From positions 1-64,000 of the forward strand of contig QMVG01000005.1 in NCBI GenBank assembly GCA_003660975.1: a DNA stretch of 64,000 bases. Reading direction: 5' to 3'. A program made the translations under genes and the position numbers. Positions 46,836 through 55,856 of the stretch are shown piece by piece (the first letter of the stretch is position 1; each line of letters opens with the position of its first letter). Below the pieces are notes generated by a model that was not told where the DNA came from, ran no database searches, and worked only from the letters and a program-made list of their open reading frames with translations. The DNA comes from Candidatus Micrarchaeota archaeon (GTDB lineage: Archaea > B1Sed10-29 > B47-G15).

Positions 46836-47366
46836 ATGAGGATAAGTGCTGGGAAGGTAATTGACAAGGGAAAAGCCACTGAAGAAATTAATGCAAAGGA
46901 ATATATTCTAAACCTAATGAATGCCTCTTTCAATGGATATATAACAGTTACCGCAGAAGGCAATTACGGTTTAGAGGAGGGAATAATTGTCTTCAGCGAA
47001 GGCAAAATTGTTGCTTCTTCATATAATTATTTCACATTCGAAAAAGAATTCAGAGCAGAGGAAGCATTAAAGAGAAGCCTCAATGCTTTTTTAAATCCAA
47101 GAGCCATCATTGACTCATATGCTCTGGAGAGCTATCAAGTACAGCTTTTTATGACTCTAAATGATGATTACCTTTTAAAAGAGGGGGTGGGTCCAGAAAA
47201 TTTAACAGTTCCCAACAGTTTCTCCCGTGATTTTGAAAATGAGGTTCTTCACAGTAGCAAAGAGGCTTCTGGTCTTTCAAGAGAGGCATTGTTAAAGAAG
47301 TATAATCTTGTAATGCTGTCAAGCCCACCATCTTTATCAAAGGGAGATAAAAATGAAAGCAGTTGA
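46836..47366 (+). CDS. DUF2226-like (PATAN-related) protein
   Basis: FNGYITV...EEGIIVFSEGKIVASSY pattern; C-terminal LSREALLKKY. Confidence 0.65.
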   Translation: MRISAGKVIDKGKATEEINAKEYILNLMNASFNGYITVTAEGNYGLEEGIIVFSEGKIVASSYNYFTFEKEFRAEEALKRSLNAFLNPRAIIDSYALESYQVQLFMTLNDDYLLKEGVGPENLTVPNSFSRDFENEVLHSSKEASGLSREALLKKYNLVMLSSPPSLSKGDKNESS

Positions 47367-47805
47367 GTTAATTTATAATATACTTGGGAAGAAAACTTCT
47401 AAGCAATTAGAAGAGGAAAAAATGAGAATACTCAAAGAGCTCATAACTGAGCATAAGAGGAAAGAAGCAGAGAAACTAGATGAATATGCCAAACAATTAG
47501 CGAGTGATTACGATGTTAAGCATATTGTTGTTTCAAATGTAAATGGAGAGATGGTGCTGAGCACTGATGAAAAAGCATACTCAAATGCAATAAAAGGGTC
47601 AAGCATATTTGAATACATTCAGTCTGAGTTTCCAAAAGCTAAAATGGTAGTAGTAAAAGATGACGAAGGATACAAAAACATCTATAAATTCAAAAATAAA
47701 ATTTACAGCATAAGAGCAGATGGTGAGATGAGTTCAATTGAATTAAGAAGAATCGCTCAGATGCTTGAAGAGGGGAGCAAAAGGTTTAAGGAGGAGGAAG
47801 AGTGA
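47353..47805 (+). CDS. Roadblock/LC7-like domain protein with N-terminal coil
   Basis: Helix-beta-beta (VKHIVVSNVNGEMVLST)-helix-beta x3-helix pattern. Confidence 0.6.
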   Translation: MKAVELIYNILGKKTSKQLEEEKMRILKELITEHKRKEAEKLDEYAKQLASDYDVKHIVVSNVNGEMVLSTDEKAYSNAIKGSSIFEYIQSEFPKAKMVVVKDDEGYKNIYKFKNKIYSIRADGEMSSIELRRIAQMLEEGSKRFKEEEE

Positions 47806-48617
47806 CAAGAACAATAGCCATTGCCTCTGGCAAGGGAGGTGTTGGGAAAACAACCATTGCAGCTAATTTAGGTATCGCTATTGCGGCTACTGGAAAAAAG
47901 GTAATTATATTGGATGCAGACATTGATATGGCAAATCTAGAGCTGGCTTTGGGAATGGAAGGCAGACCATTAACGCTGCAGGATGTAGTTTCTGGTGAAG
48001 CCAACATTGAAGATGCATTGTACGAAACATATAATAAAGCACTATTCATGCCAGCAGGCATAAGCCCTGCACAGCAGAGAAGAATAGACCCTGAGAAGCT
48101 CCCAGAGCTTGTGGAGAAGTTGGCTGAGATGGCTGATTTTGTGATATTGGACTGTCCTGCTGGCACTGGAAAGGACACTCTTGCCTGCTTTAATGCCTGT
48201 AAAGAGACCTTACTTGTTGTGATTCCAGAAAAGATGAGTGTGGCAGACGCATATAAGACAGCACAAGCTGCTCAAAGGATGGGCAGTTCAGTCACGGGTG
48301 TAATAATAAACATGATAACAGGAGAGAGAGGAGAGATAAAAGACAAGGAGATAGCCGCGCTTCTAAATGCCCCCATACTGGCAAGAATAAAGCTTGACCC
48401 CGCTATCAAAAAATCTGTTGCTTCAGGCAAACCAATAGTGATATCTGATCCTGAAAATGAGAATGTTGAAGAGATACACAAATTGGTCGCTTCTCTGACA
48501 GGTGCTGCTTATATACCAGAACTTCCTAAAAAATCATGGTTGAAAAAAATCATTAGTTTTTTAAAATTTAAAAGAGGTGACACAAAACATGGCAGAGGAG
48601 ATAAGCAGGCCTTTTGA
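47802..48617 (+). CDS. minD: MinD family ATPase, archaeal type
   Basis: ASGKGGVGKTT, DADIDMANL, LDCPAG; amphipathic C-terminal SWLKKIISFLK. Confidence 0.92.
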   Translation: MTRTIAIASGKGGVGKTTIAANLGIAIAATGKKVIILDADIDMANLELALGMEGRPLTLQDVVSGEANIEDALYETYNKALFMPAGISPAQQRRIDPEKLPELVEKLAEMADFVILDCPAGTGKDTLACFNACKETLLVVIPEKMSVADAYKTAQAAQRMGSSVTGVIINMITGERGEIKDKEIAALLNAPILARIKLDPAIKKSVASGKPIVISDPENENVEEIHKLVASLTGAAYIPELPKKSWLKKIISFLKFKRGDTKHGRGDKQAF

Positions 48618-48816
48618 CCTTTTGAACAGCATCGTTGGAAAAAGCGCAATGGTAAAGCTGAAGGGCAATATGCAGCTGCGCGGCATATTGAGAGCTTTTG
48701 ACCAGCATATGAATCTCGTGTTAGAAGATGCTGACGAGCTGAAAGATGACCAAAAGGTGGCCAGGATAGGAACTGTAATTGTAAGGGGAGACAACATTCT
48801 ATATGTGTCACCTTAG
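48589..48816 (+). CDS. Sm-like archaeal protein (Lsm/SmAP)
   Basis: RPFDLL, GILRAFDQHMNLVL, IVRGDNILYVSP. Confidence 0.95.
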   Translation: MAEEISRPFDLLNSIVGKSAMVKLKGNMQLRGILRAFDQHMNLVLEDADELKDDQKVARIGTVIVRGDNILYVSP

Positions 48817-48871
48817 AAAGAGTTAATAAGTTTTTATTTCAAAAATTTCTTAGTTTTACTTATATGCAAAA

Positions 48872-48943
48872 GGGCCCGTAGATCAGTGGTAGATCGTCCG
48901 CCTTGCACGCGGAAGGTCGGGGGTTCAAATCCCTCCGGGTCCA
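48872..48943 (+). tRNA. tRNA-Ala(TGC)
   Basis: Acceptor GGGCCCG/CGGGTCC with G3-U70, anticodon arm TCCGC-CTTGCAC-GCGGA, T loop TTCAAAT. Confidence 0.96.
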
Positions 48944-49037
48944 TTTATGGTCGAAGACCATAAGCTTGGGGCTTTATTTCGCTTAAGCCTTTAACATCGC
49001 AATAACAGAAAAGGCTTAAATCCCTCCGGGTCCATTT
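48927..49037 (+). repeat. 20-bp direct repeat of the tRNA-Ala 3' end (att-like)
   Basis: AAATCCCTCCGGGTCCATTT at 48927-48946 and again at 49018-49037. Confidence 0.85.
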
Positions 49038-49130
49038 TTGCTTAAGCTTTTTCTGTAGGTTTAGTAGAAAAAAGCTTATTTTTGCTTTTTTGCTTAAGCT
49101 TTTTCCATAGATTTGATAGAAAAAAGCTTA
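49035..49130. repeat. two tandem ~44-bp palindromic units
   Basis: TTTTTGCTTAAGCTTTTTC-nn-TAG...TAGAAAAAAGCTTA occurs twice; each copy is an inverted repeat. Confidence 0.75.
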
Positions 49131-49164
49131 AAGCCTTTAACACAGCAATAACAGAAGAAATAAG

Positions 49165-49608
49165 TTAGTGGCTTTCTTTTGTTAGCAGGCGGTCCAGGTA
49201 ATCTATTAGGATGTTAAGGGTTTTCAGCAATTTCTCCTTCTCCTTGAATTCTTTTTCCTCCTTTTCAAGTTGCCTTTTTAATATTTCCTCACTGTTATAA
49301 AATGAAGGCACCAAGCTTTCCTTTGCTCTTTCAAGTTCTGCTTCCACAGGGCTTAACTTTCCTGCTCTCCTTCTTGCTTTTTTTAATTTTTCTATATCTC
49401 CTGCCATCCTGGTCAAATCCCTTGACTCTGGGAGCAATACTCCCAAGTCTATCAGCTCCCTGACCAATTCTTCCCTTCTTTTCAGCAATGAGTCTCTGAG
49501 CCTCTTTAAGTCTTTGAAGTGCTTTATCTCTGCTTCCCTATCTGCTTTTATTCTGATTCCTTTTTCTGTGACCTCTACCACTGCCTTCTGTTTTCCCCTC
49601 TTTTTCAT
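49165..49608 (-). CDS. orphan coiled-coil protein
   Basis: 147 aa, K/E/R/L-rich; start overlaps the upstream stop. Confidence 0.7.
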   Translation of the reverse strand: MKKRGKQKAVVEVTEKGIRIKADREAEIKHFKDLKRLRDSLLKRREELVRELIDLGVLLPESRDLTRMAGDIEKLKKARRRAGKLSPVEAELERAKESLVPSFYNSEEILKRQLEKEEKEFKEKEKLLKTLNILIDYLDRLLTKESH

Positions 49609-50123
49609 TTAACCATTTCCTCTATTTTCTTTAATTTCTTCATTGCCTCCTGTATGCGGGCTAACTTTAGCAGTATCTCCTTCTGCTTTGAAGGGGAAGA
49701 CATATACCTACTTTCCAATCTCCTACGCTCATTATCCAATTCATTCTTGAGATTTTCCAGCTCGGGCAAGGTTTTGCGCTTTATTTCTTCTAGCTCTCTG
49801 TCTAATTTACGCAGTCTTCTTTCATCAAAGTTTATCGCTTCTTTAAGCATTTCCACTTTGCTTTTCTGTTGTTCTACAATATCAGGCACCAAGCCTGAAT
49901 CTCTTATCTTTGGAGGAATGGCTTCATCAACTTTGCTTTCTTTCAGCATTAAACGCAGCTTCTCTGCTTCCCATATCTCTTGAATCTCCTCGCCCTCCTC
50001 AATTATCTCTCTTTGTTTTTTCTTTAATTCTTCAACCTTTCTCGCCGCCTCTTCTATTTTGTTTATTTTGAAAAGCCATTCAGGCATAGCTTTCCTGGAG
50101 GCAGTTTTCCTTTTAACTCCCAT
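49605..50123 (-). CDS. orphan coiled-coil protein
   Basis: ATG 50123 with GGTGAG SD and an upstream TTTATATA; heptad-rich. Confidence 0.7.
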   Translation of the reverse strand: MGVKRKTASRKAMPEWLFKINKIEEAARKVEELKKKQREIIEEGEEIQEIWEAEKLRLMLKESKVDEAIPPKIRDSGLVPDIVEQQKSKVEMLKEAINFDERRLRKLDRELEEIKRKTLPELENLKNELDNERRRLESRYMSSPSKQKEILLKLARIQEAMKKLKKIEEMVK

Positions 50124-50185
50124 ACAGCTCACCGCTCAGCACAACAATAAGAAGAGCGCATTTACTATATAAAAATTTGCAAAAA

Positions 50186-50755
50186 TTAGGCAGATGCCTT
50201 AGCTGCTTCCTTGCCTGCCTCTTCTTTCCTTATTGCCTCAACCTTTACTTTCGGTGTCCCAGGCATCCTGCTACCTGCTTTTCTTAATGCCTCTCTTGCT
50301 TCCTTTTCAAATTGCTTCGTGGTGTAAATGCTCATTATCTTCTGTCCTTTCTTAACAACAGCAGCTCTTCCAACAGGCTTGCCAAAAGCTTTTCTCATAC
50401 CAGAAGAAAGCCTGTCAGCTCCTGCTCCTGAAAGCATTGCATGTTCTCTCAGAACCTGATGTGGGAAAACACGCACTTTGAAATAGTAATTTTCCTTTCC
50501 AACATGCTTCTCCATATGCCTATTGCATGCAATTCTTGCAGCCTCTAAGGCATTATGTCTTATTTGGCATGAAAAGCTTGGTATTAGATACACCTCAACA
50601 TCTCCCTCTTTCTGCCATTTTGGGCTTCCCATGTCAAAGCTTCTTATTCTTGAATCAGGAACGCCTTTAACAAAAGCCTTGTTTACTTTTCTTCTAGCAG
50701 TTCTGGTCCAAGCCCTTTGAATTGCCCTGTATATTCTTGCAGGTCTAAGTCCCAT
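50186..50755 (-). CDS. rpl10e: ribosomal protein uL16 (L10e)
   Basis: QIRHNALEAARI, FPHQVLREH, GAGADRLSSGMRKAFGKPVG. Confidence 0.97.
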   Translation of the reverse strand: MGLRPARIYRAIQRAWTRTARRKVNKAFVKGVPDSRIRSFDMGSPKWQKEGDVEVYLIPSFSCQIRHNALEAARIACNRHMEKHVGKENYYFKVRVFPHQVLREHAMLSGAGADRLSSGMRKAFGKPVGRAAVVKKGQKIMSIYTTKQFEKEAREALRKAGSRMPGTPKVKVEAIRKEEAGKEAAKASA

Positions 50756-50822
50756 AGAAACACCTTTTCAATGCTCAGAAAACGCAGTAAGATTATAAAT
50801 GCAGGGGTTTAAAAAGCTTTTG

Positions 50823-51449
50823 TCAAAACCTTATTTGCTCAGCCTTCTTAACGGCAGCCCTCACCAGGTCATTAGCATTGTCAACGCGCGACTCTGCCTC
50901 TTTTATATCTTCCAAAGAAGCATGCGTTTCTGGGTGCTTTGCTATCATAAATGAACAGCAATCAGTATAAGGCAATATAGATATATTATACGTCCCAATG
51001 CGCTTTGCTATGTCAATCACCTCTTGCTTGTTCATAGAGATAAGGGGGGAAACAACAGGCAGCTTGGATGCTTCATAAATGCACTTCAAGTTTGCCAACG
51101 TCTGAGAGGCGACCTGCCCCAAACTATCTCCGGTTATGACTGCGTCTGCATTCCCTATTTCATTGCATATCCTAAACATAAAGCGCCTGTAAATAATCAT
51201 CCTGAACCTTGGCTTTATACATTTGATTATTTCCTTCTGGATATCTCCAAATGGAAGCAGATAAAGAAGAAATGGCTTCTGATATTCAGATAGCTTCTTT
51301 CCCAACACCTTTATTTTACTCAACATTTGTTTACTTTGAGAGGTTAGATTAAATGCGTGAACGGCTCTAATCTCATGTCCTCTTCTCATCATTAAATAAG
51401 CTGCTACAGGACTGTCAATGCCTCCTGAGATAAGAGACAGCATTTTCAT
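50823..51449 (-). CDS. ThiI-like PP-loop catalytic domain (lacks NFLD/THUMP)
   Basis: LISGGIDSPVA, TGDSLGQVASQT, PYTDCC; only 208 aa. Confidence 0.85.
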   Translation of the reverse strand: MKMLSLISGGIDSPVAAYLMMRRGHEIRAVHAFNLTSQSKQMLSKIKVLGKKLSEYQKPFLLYLLPFGDIQKEIIKCIKPRFRMIIYRRFMFRICNEIGNADAVITGDSLGQVASQTLANLKCIYEASKLPVVSPLISMNKQEVIDIAKRIGTYNISILPYTDCCSFMIAKHPETHASLEDIKEAESRVDNANDLVRAAVKKAEQIRF

Positions 51450-52291
51450 AAGATTCCCTCCATTAGCTTACACATTTTACATATTTCTGTTCTGCTGGGC
51501 TCTCCACACAACCTACACCGCTTAAGTTCACCACCTGGGTCACAGTAATCTCTAAGTCGTGGGAGCAGCTCTAAGAAATGTTTAACGATTTTAACCTTTA
51601 TCTCATTATCATATCTTTCTAATTCTCCCAGGTGCTTCCTCATAAGAAGTCTAGAACCAGAAACAAGAAAAGGACATGGTTCGTAAATAATATTAAAACC
51701 AATGCCTTCAGCATATCTTTTTATCTCCTCATTACTGAGAAAGTAAAGTGGTTTTATTCTCTGCACGAAAGCTTCGTCTCTGAGCACGCCTGTCATTGGT
51801 CCTTCATTAATACCTAAGCAGGGGTTCCCGCTGAATAAATTCATTAATATGGTCTCAGCCGCATCATCCAGATTGTGGCCTGTGGCTATCTTCCTAAATC
51901 CCAACTCTTTCGCTTTTTTGTTCATCAACCACTTTTTCACTATGCCACAAACCATACAATTGTTCAGCTTTTTATCTTTCAACTTCTTCCAAAGCTCCAG
52001 CATGGTAAAGCCTATCTCTTTTTTCAGATAGAATATATGAAGTTTAATGCCAAGGCTTTCAGCAATGTTCTTTGCATTGACCATATTTTTCTCAATGTAA
52101 TCTCCTGTTTGGATGTCGATAAAGATTCCCTCTACTTTAAATCCAAATTTGTTCAAGAGATGCATAACTACTGCAGAGTCCTTTCCTCCTGAAACTGCCA
52201 CCAGAACTTTTTCACCAGGAGAAAGAAGGCCATAGCTATTTATTGTCTCTCTGACCTTGCTTTCAAAACGTTTCGTAAACTGAGTGTCCAT
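51446..52291 (-). CDS. TtuA/Ncs6-family tRNA 2-thiolation protein (TIGR00269-like)
   Basis: AVSGGKDS, CMVCG, TGHNLDD, EPCP, C-terminal CRLC...CKMC. Confidence 0.88.
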   Translation of the reverse strand: MDTQFTKRFESKVRETINSYGLLSPGEKVLVAVSGGKDSAVVMHLLNKFGFKVEGIFIDIQTGDYIEKNMVNAKNIAESLGIKLHIFYLKKEIGFTMLELWKKLKDKKLNNCMVCGIVKKWLMNKKAKELGFRKIATGHNLDDAAETILMNLFSGNPCLGINEGPMTGVLRDEAFVQRIKPLYFLSNEEIKRYAEGIGFNIIYEPCPFLVSGSRLLMRKHLGELERYDNEIKVKIVKHFLELLPRLRDYCDPGGELKRCRLCGEPSRTEICKMCKLMEGIL

Positions 52292-52354
52292 GTTAATATA
52301 GATTGGCCGGCAAGTTTATAAATTTAGACTATGTATCAGAGATAGGGTGCTTGA

Positions 52355-52927
52355 ATGAGAAGGGTTAAGATAAAGTCCGCCAAGGGCCTTAAAGGACCGG
52401 TATTGGAAATTGAGAAAGCTAAATACAAAGAGGTAATGCGTAGGCTTCAAGAAAAAGAGGAGAGAGAAAGCAATGCCAGACTAGTAGAGCAGATAATGGA
52501 CATAGGAAAGCAGTCTTTTAAGGAACTAAAGGGATGGATGAAGGTTGAAGAAAAAAGAGCGGCAAGTGATCCAGAGATTGTAGAGAGAATGAAAAGAATT
52601 AACGAAAGCTTAAGCAAGAAAAAGCTTCCAGAATTTGCATTTGAGGTAAAGGAACTCATTGATGTGTTAAGAAAGAAAGGGGTCGCATTACCAAGGAATG
52701 CAAAGTTCACTTTGAATATGGAGCAAGTTGTTGAAATTGCAGAGAATGAGGCTGCATTAAGGAAAGCAAAAGACGTTGTTGGACTAATGAAAAAAGCAGA
52801 GAAAAAAGGCACTGTAAAGAAAATACGTGGCTGGAGTGATTGGGAAAGGTTGATAAAAGCATATGGGGGAAAGCTTCCTAAAAAGCAGGAAGCAAAAAGG
52901 GCAAAAGACATGAGAGACATTGTCTGA
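52355..52927 (+). CDS. orphan K/E/R-rich protein
   Basis: 190 aa, own TTTATAAA box and GGGTG SD. Confidence 0.7.
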   Translation: MRRVKIKSAKGLKGPVLEIEKAKYKEVMRRLQEKEERESNARLVEQIMDIGKQSFKELKGWMKVEEKRAASDPEIVERMKRINESLSKKKLPEFAFEVKELIDVLRKKGVALPRNAKFTLNMEQVVEIAENEAALRKAKDVVGLMKKAEKKGTVKKIRGWSDWERLIKAYGGKLPKKQEAKRAKDMRDIV

Positions 52928-53027
52928 AGGAAATATTTATAAATAAACCCGAACAAAATATTGCAGAGCTTTTTAATTATCCTCAATGTTGGCTAAAAAG
53001 CCAGAAGAGGAGCAAGGAGTGAGTTGA

Positions 53028-53519
53028 ATGGGAGCAAGTAAACTAATATCTGAAACATTTAAGAGAGAGTATTCTGGAAAGGACAAAGAACTAAAAGAAC
53101 TGTACAGGCAAAAGCTGATTGAGTGGAGAAAACAACCTGCCCAGGTAAGGGTGGAAAAGCCAACAAACCCAGTAAGAGCAAGAAGGTTAGGGTACAAAGC
53201 AAAGCAGGGGATAATAGTTGTCAGAGTTAGAGTTAAAAAAGGCTCTGGCCACATCACAAGGCCAAATGCCAAAAGAAGACCACACAGAATGGGAGTAAAT
53301 AAAAGAAAGAGGGCAAAATCATTGCAGAGAATCGCAGAGGAAAGAGTTCAGAGAAAGCATATGAATATGGAAGTAATAAACTCCTACTGGGTTGGTGAGG
53401 ATGGACAGCACAAATGGTACGAAGTGATCCTCGTAGACCCAAATCACCCCCAAATAAAAAATGATAAGGATTTGAATAAAATCGCTAACAGAAAGCATGC
53501 GGTTTTCAGGAAGCGGTAA
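53028..53519 (+). CDS. rpl15e: ribosomal protein eL15 (short C-terminus)
   Basis: [39 protein letters not shown]. Confidence 0.97.
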   Translation: MGASKLISETFKREYSGKDKELKELYRQKLIEWRKQPAQVRVEKPTNPVRARRLGYKAKQGIIVVRVRVKKGSGHITRPNAKRRPHRMGVNKRKRAKSLQRIAEERVQRKHMNMEVINSYWVGEDGQHKWYEVILVDPNHPQIKNDKDLNKIANRKHAVFRKR

Positions 53520-53520
53520 T

Positions 53521-53943
53521 GTGAAGAACATTTCAGAGGTGGAAATGGAGCTATTCATATACCCCACTGAAGATGAGAAGAAAGTGCTGGAATCAGTGAA
53601 GACGCTAACTGAGATAAAGCCTACAAAAGAATCCATAGAATCATACTATGGGCCAAAGATAAAGAAAATCACATACAAGATAAAGAAAAGCAGGGACATC
53701 AAGAGCTTTATAAATAAATTAAAATCCTTGCTTTCTGAAACAGATAGGAATGAAATCTTAGAATCACTTGGGGATAGGATAGATAGCGAAGGCAAGTTAT
53801 ATATACGCTTTTCAAAACAGGATTTATTAAAGGGAAAATTAAAGAAACAATACAGCGGAGATATAATCTTGGTTAAAATACATTTGATTTCATACCAAAA
53901 AGCAGATGAACACAAAAAGATTGCAAAGGAGATATTGGCATGA
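53521..53943 (+). CDS. DUF54/COG1325 RNA-binding protein
   Basis: PTEDEKKV, YYGPKI, LYIRFSKQ; expected position in the superoperon. Confidence 0.82.
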   Translation: MKNISEVEMELFIYPTEDEKKVLESVKTLTEIKPTKESIESYYGPKIKKITYKIKKSRDIKSFINKLKSLLSETDRNEILESLGDRIDSEGKLYIRFSKQDLLKGKLKKQYSGDIILVKIHLISYQKADEHKKIAKEILA

Positions 53944-54248
53944 TTAAGATTATAAGAAGCCATGAAATGAAGTTTAAAAAGAAGGATGGTTTAGAACTTG
54001 CAGACTTAATTCCAGAAATAGAAGAGCCAAAAATTGAGAAATTAAAGGCCATCAATTGCAAGGAGAGAAAAACAAGCGGTGAATATAATATTCTATATTA
54101 TGTATTAGCAGGGGGTTTAATAGTAAAATTCGGCAAAGAGCCTATGACAGCTGGGCCTGATGATGTCGTTTTTATAGGGCCTGGTGAGTACTATGATATC
54201 GAAGGCAGCTTTACAGCGATAAGAATAAGATGGAAGGGAAGTAAATGA
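53940..54248 (+). CDS. small cupin-fold protein
   Basis: YYVLAGGLIV...AGPDDVVFIGPG cupin strands; no metal-binding His. Confidence 0.65.
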   Translation: MIKIIRSHEMKFKKKDGLELADLIPEIEEPKIEKLKAINCKERKTSGEYNILYYVLAGGLIVKFGKEPMTAGPDDVVFIGPGEYYDIEGSFTAIRIRWKGSK

Positions 54249-54769
54249 AAGCCTTTATTGATTTTGTAGCTTCAGAGGACTGTGTCTCATTTGGAAAAAA
54301 GCTTGGCTTTTCTAGACTGCTTTTTAATGAGCTCAGCCGTGATAAGATTTCAAAGACAAAGATAAATATTATATCGCCTAAAAGCCCTGAAGAAAGCAAA
54401 AGACAGCTGAGAAATAAAATGATTGACATAATATTGGACCCATTCGACAAGAGAGGACTTTTTATTGATTCTGCCTTTCTGAACATAGCAAAGCAAAAGC
54501 AAATATCAATAGGCATCTCCTTCAGCAAATTCCTCCGGGCTGATGAGAACAGTAGAATAAGATTATTGCACAACATGAGGCGTTTGACTGCGCTTGTTAG
54601 CAAATTAAAAGGGGATTTGGTGTTGATGAGCTTGGCTGCTGAGATTTACGAAATGCGGAGCCCTGAGCAGTTAATCCTTTTTGGTGAAATGCTTGGCCTT
54701 AGCAGAGCTCAAGCCACATGGTGCATCACAGAGTCTCCAAAAGGGATAATAAGAAGGAAAAGCTTATGA
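54245..54769 (+). CDS. rnp3: RNase P protein component 3 (Rpp30)
   Basis: SLAAEIYEMRSP motif; upstream of Pop5 in the superoperon. Confidence 0.82.
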   Translation: MKAFIDFVASEDCVSFGKKLGFSRLLFNELSRDKISKTKINIISPKSPEESKRQLRNKMIDIILDPFDKRGLFIDSAFLNIAKQKQISIGISFSKFLRADENSRIRLLHNMRRLTALVSKLKGDLVLMSLAAEIYEMRSPEQLILFGEMLGLSRAQATWCITESPKGIIRRKSL

Positions 54770-55107
54770 AACCCTTTCCTGCTGTGCTGAAAGAAAAAAA
54801 GAGGTATGTCATATTTGAAATAATCTCAGAAAAAAGAGTAAAGGAAGACGCTGTTAAAAAAGCCTTTTTCAGGGAAATCAAGTCATTTATAGGCATCAAT
54901 GGCATGGCAGATGCAGCGCCAACGGTAGTATATTTTGATGAAAAAAGCAAAAAGGGCGTGTTAAAAGTGGACAACAGGGCCTTAAAGCAGGTAGAACAGG
55001 CATTGAGCCTAATAAGAGAAATAAGCTTTAATAAGTGCTTTGTTCATATTATAAAGACTACAGGAACTGTTAAAAAAGCTAAAGAATTGGTTAAAAGAGG
55101 TGATTAA
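54766..55107 (+). CDS. rnp2: RNase P protein component 2 (Pop5)
   Basis: LKEKKRYVIF, TTGTVKKAK. Confidence 0.9.
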   Translation: MKPFPAVLKEKKRYVIFEIISEKRVKEDAVKKAFFREIKSFIGINGMADAAPTVVYFDEKSKKGVLKVDNRALKQVEQALSLIREISFNKCFVHIIKTTGTVKKAKELVKRGD

Positions 55108-55851
55108 TTGCTTCCGGTTTCTTCCACACAAGCCTATGACAGGGCAATAACAGTATTCAGCCCTGATGGGAGACTATTCCAAGTAGAATATGCAAGAGAA
55201 GCTGTCAAGCGTGGTTCAACTGCACTCGGCATGATATTCAGAGATGGGGTGCTGCTTGCCATAGACAAAAATGTGGAGTCAAGACTGCTAAAAGGTGAAA
55301 GCATAGAAAAGATATTCAAGGTTGATGAACACATTGCAGTTGCAACATCTGGCCTTGTTGCAGACGCAAGAAGGCTCATAGACCATGCAAGGGTTGTGGC
55401 TCAGCAAGAGAGGTATGTCTATGACGAGCCAATAGATGTTGAAACACTTACAAGAGACATCTGTGACCTAAAACAAACATATACGCAGTTTGGAGGAGCG
55501 AGGCCTTTTGGAGCAGCTCTTCTCATAATGGGAATTGACAAAAGTGGTAAACATTTATTTGAAACTGACCCTTCTGGAGCATTTAGAGAGCTCTACGCTT
55601 CATCTATAGGTTCTGGAAAACCACAGGTAGATGAAATTTTAGAGAAGGAATATGACGAAAACATATCAATGGATGATGCTGTTTCATTGGCCTTGAGAAT
55701 ACTGACAAAAGTAGGGGACAAAAAAATATCTGAAAATACTGTTGACATATTCTACATAATGGACAGGGATAGAAAAGTAATAAAGATGTCCAGAGACGAA
55801 ATAAAGGCAGCAATTGAGAAGGTAGTGAAGAAAAAGGGACAAAAGAAGTGA
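55108..55851 (+). CDS. psmA: proteasome alpha subunit
   Basis: YDRAITVFSPDGRLFQVEYA, SGLVADAR, RPFG, TDPSG. Confidence 0.98.
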   Translation: MLPVSSTQAYDRAITVFSPDGRLFQVEYAREAVKRGSTALGMIFRDGVLLAIDKNVESRLLKGESIEKIFKVDEHIAVATSGLVADARRLIDHARVVAQQERYVYDEPIDVETLTRDICDLKQTYTQFGGARPFGAALLIMGIDKSGKHLFETDPSGAFRELYASSIGSGKPQVDEILEKEYDENISMDDAVSLALRILTKVGDKKISENTVDIFYIMDRDRKVIKMSRDEIKAAIEKVVKKKGQKK

Positions 55852-55856
55852 GGTAA

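Noticed and set aside
48945-49157. Possible mini CRISPR array
   Set aside because: Only two copies of each unit, no regular repeat-spacer period, and no cas genes.
52986-53027. 13-codon ORF before rpl15e
   Set aside because: Too short to support; it may simply be leader sequence.
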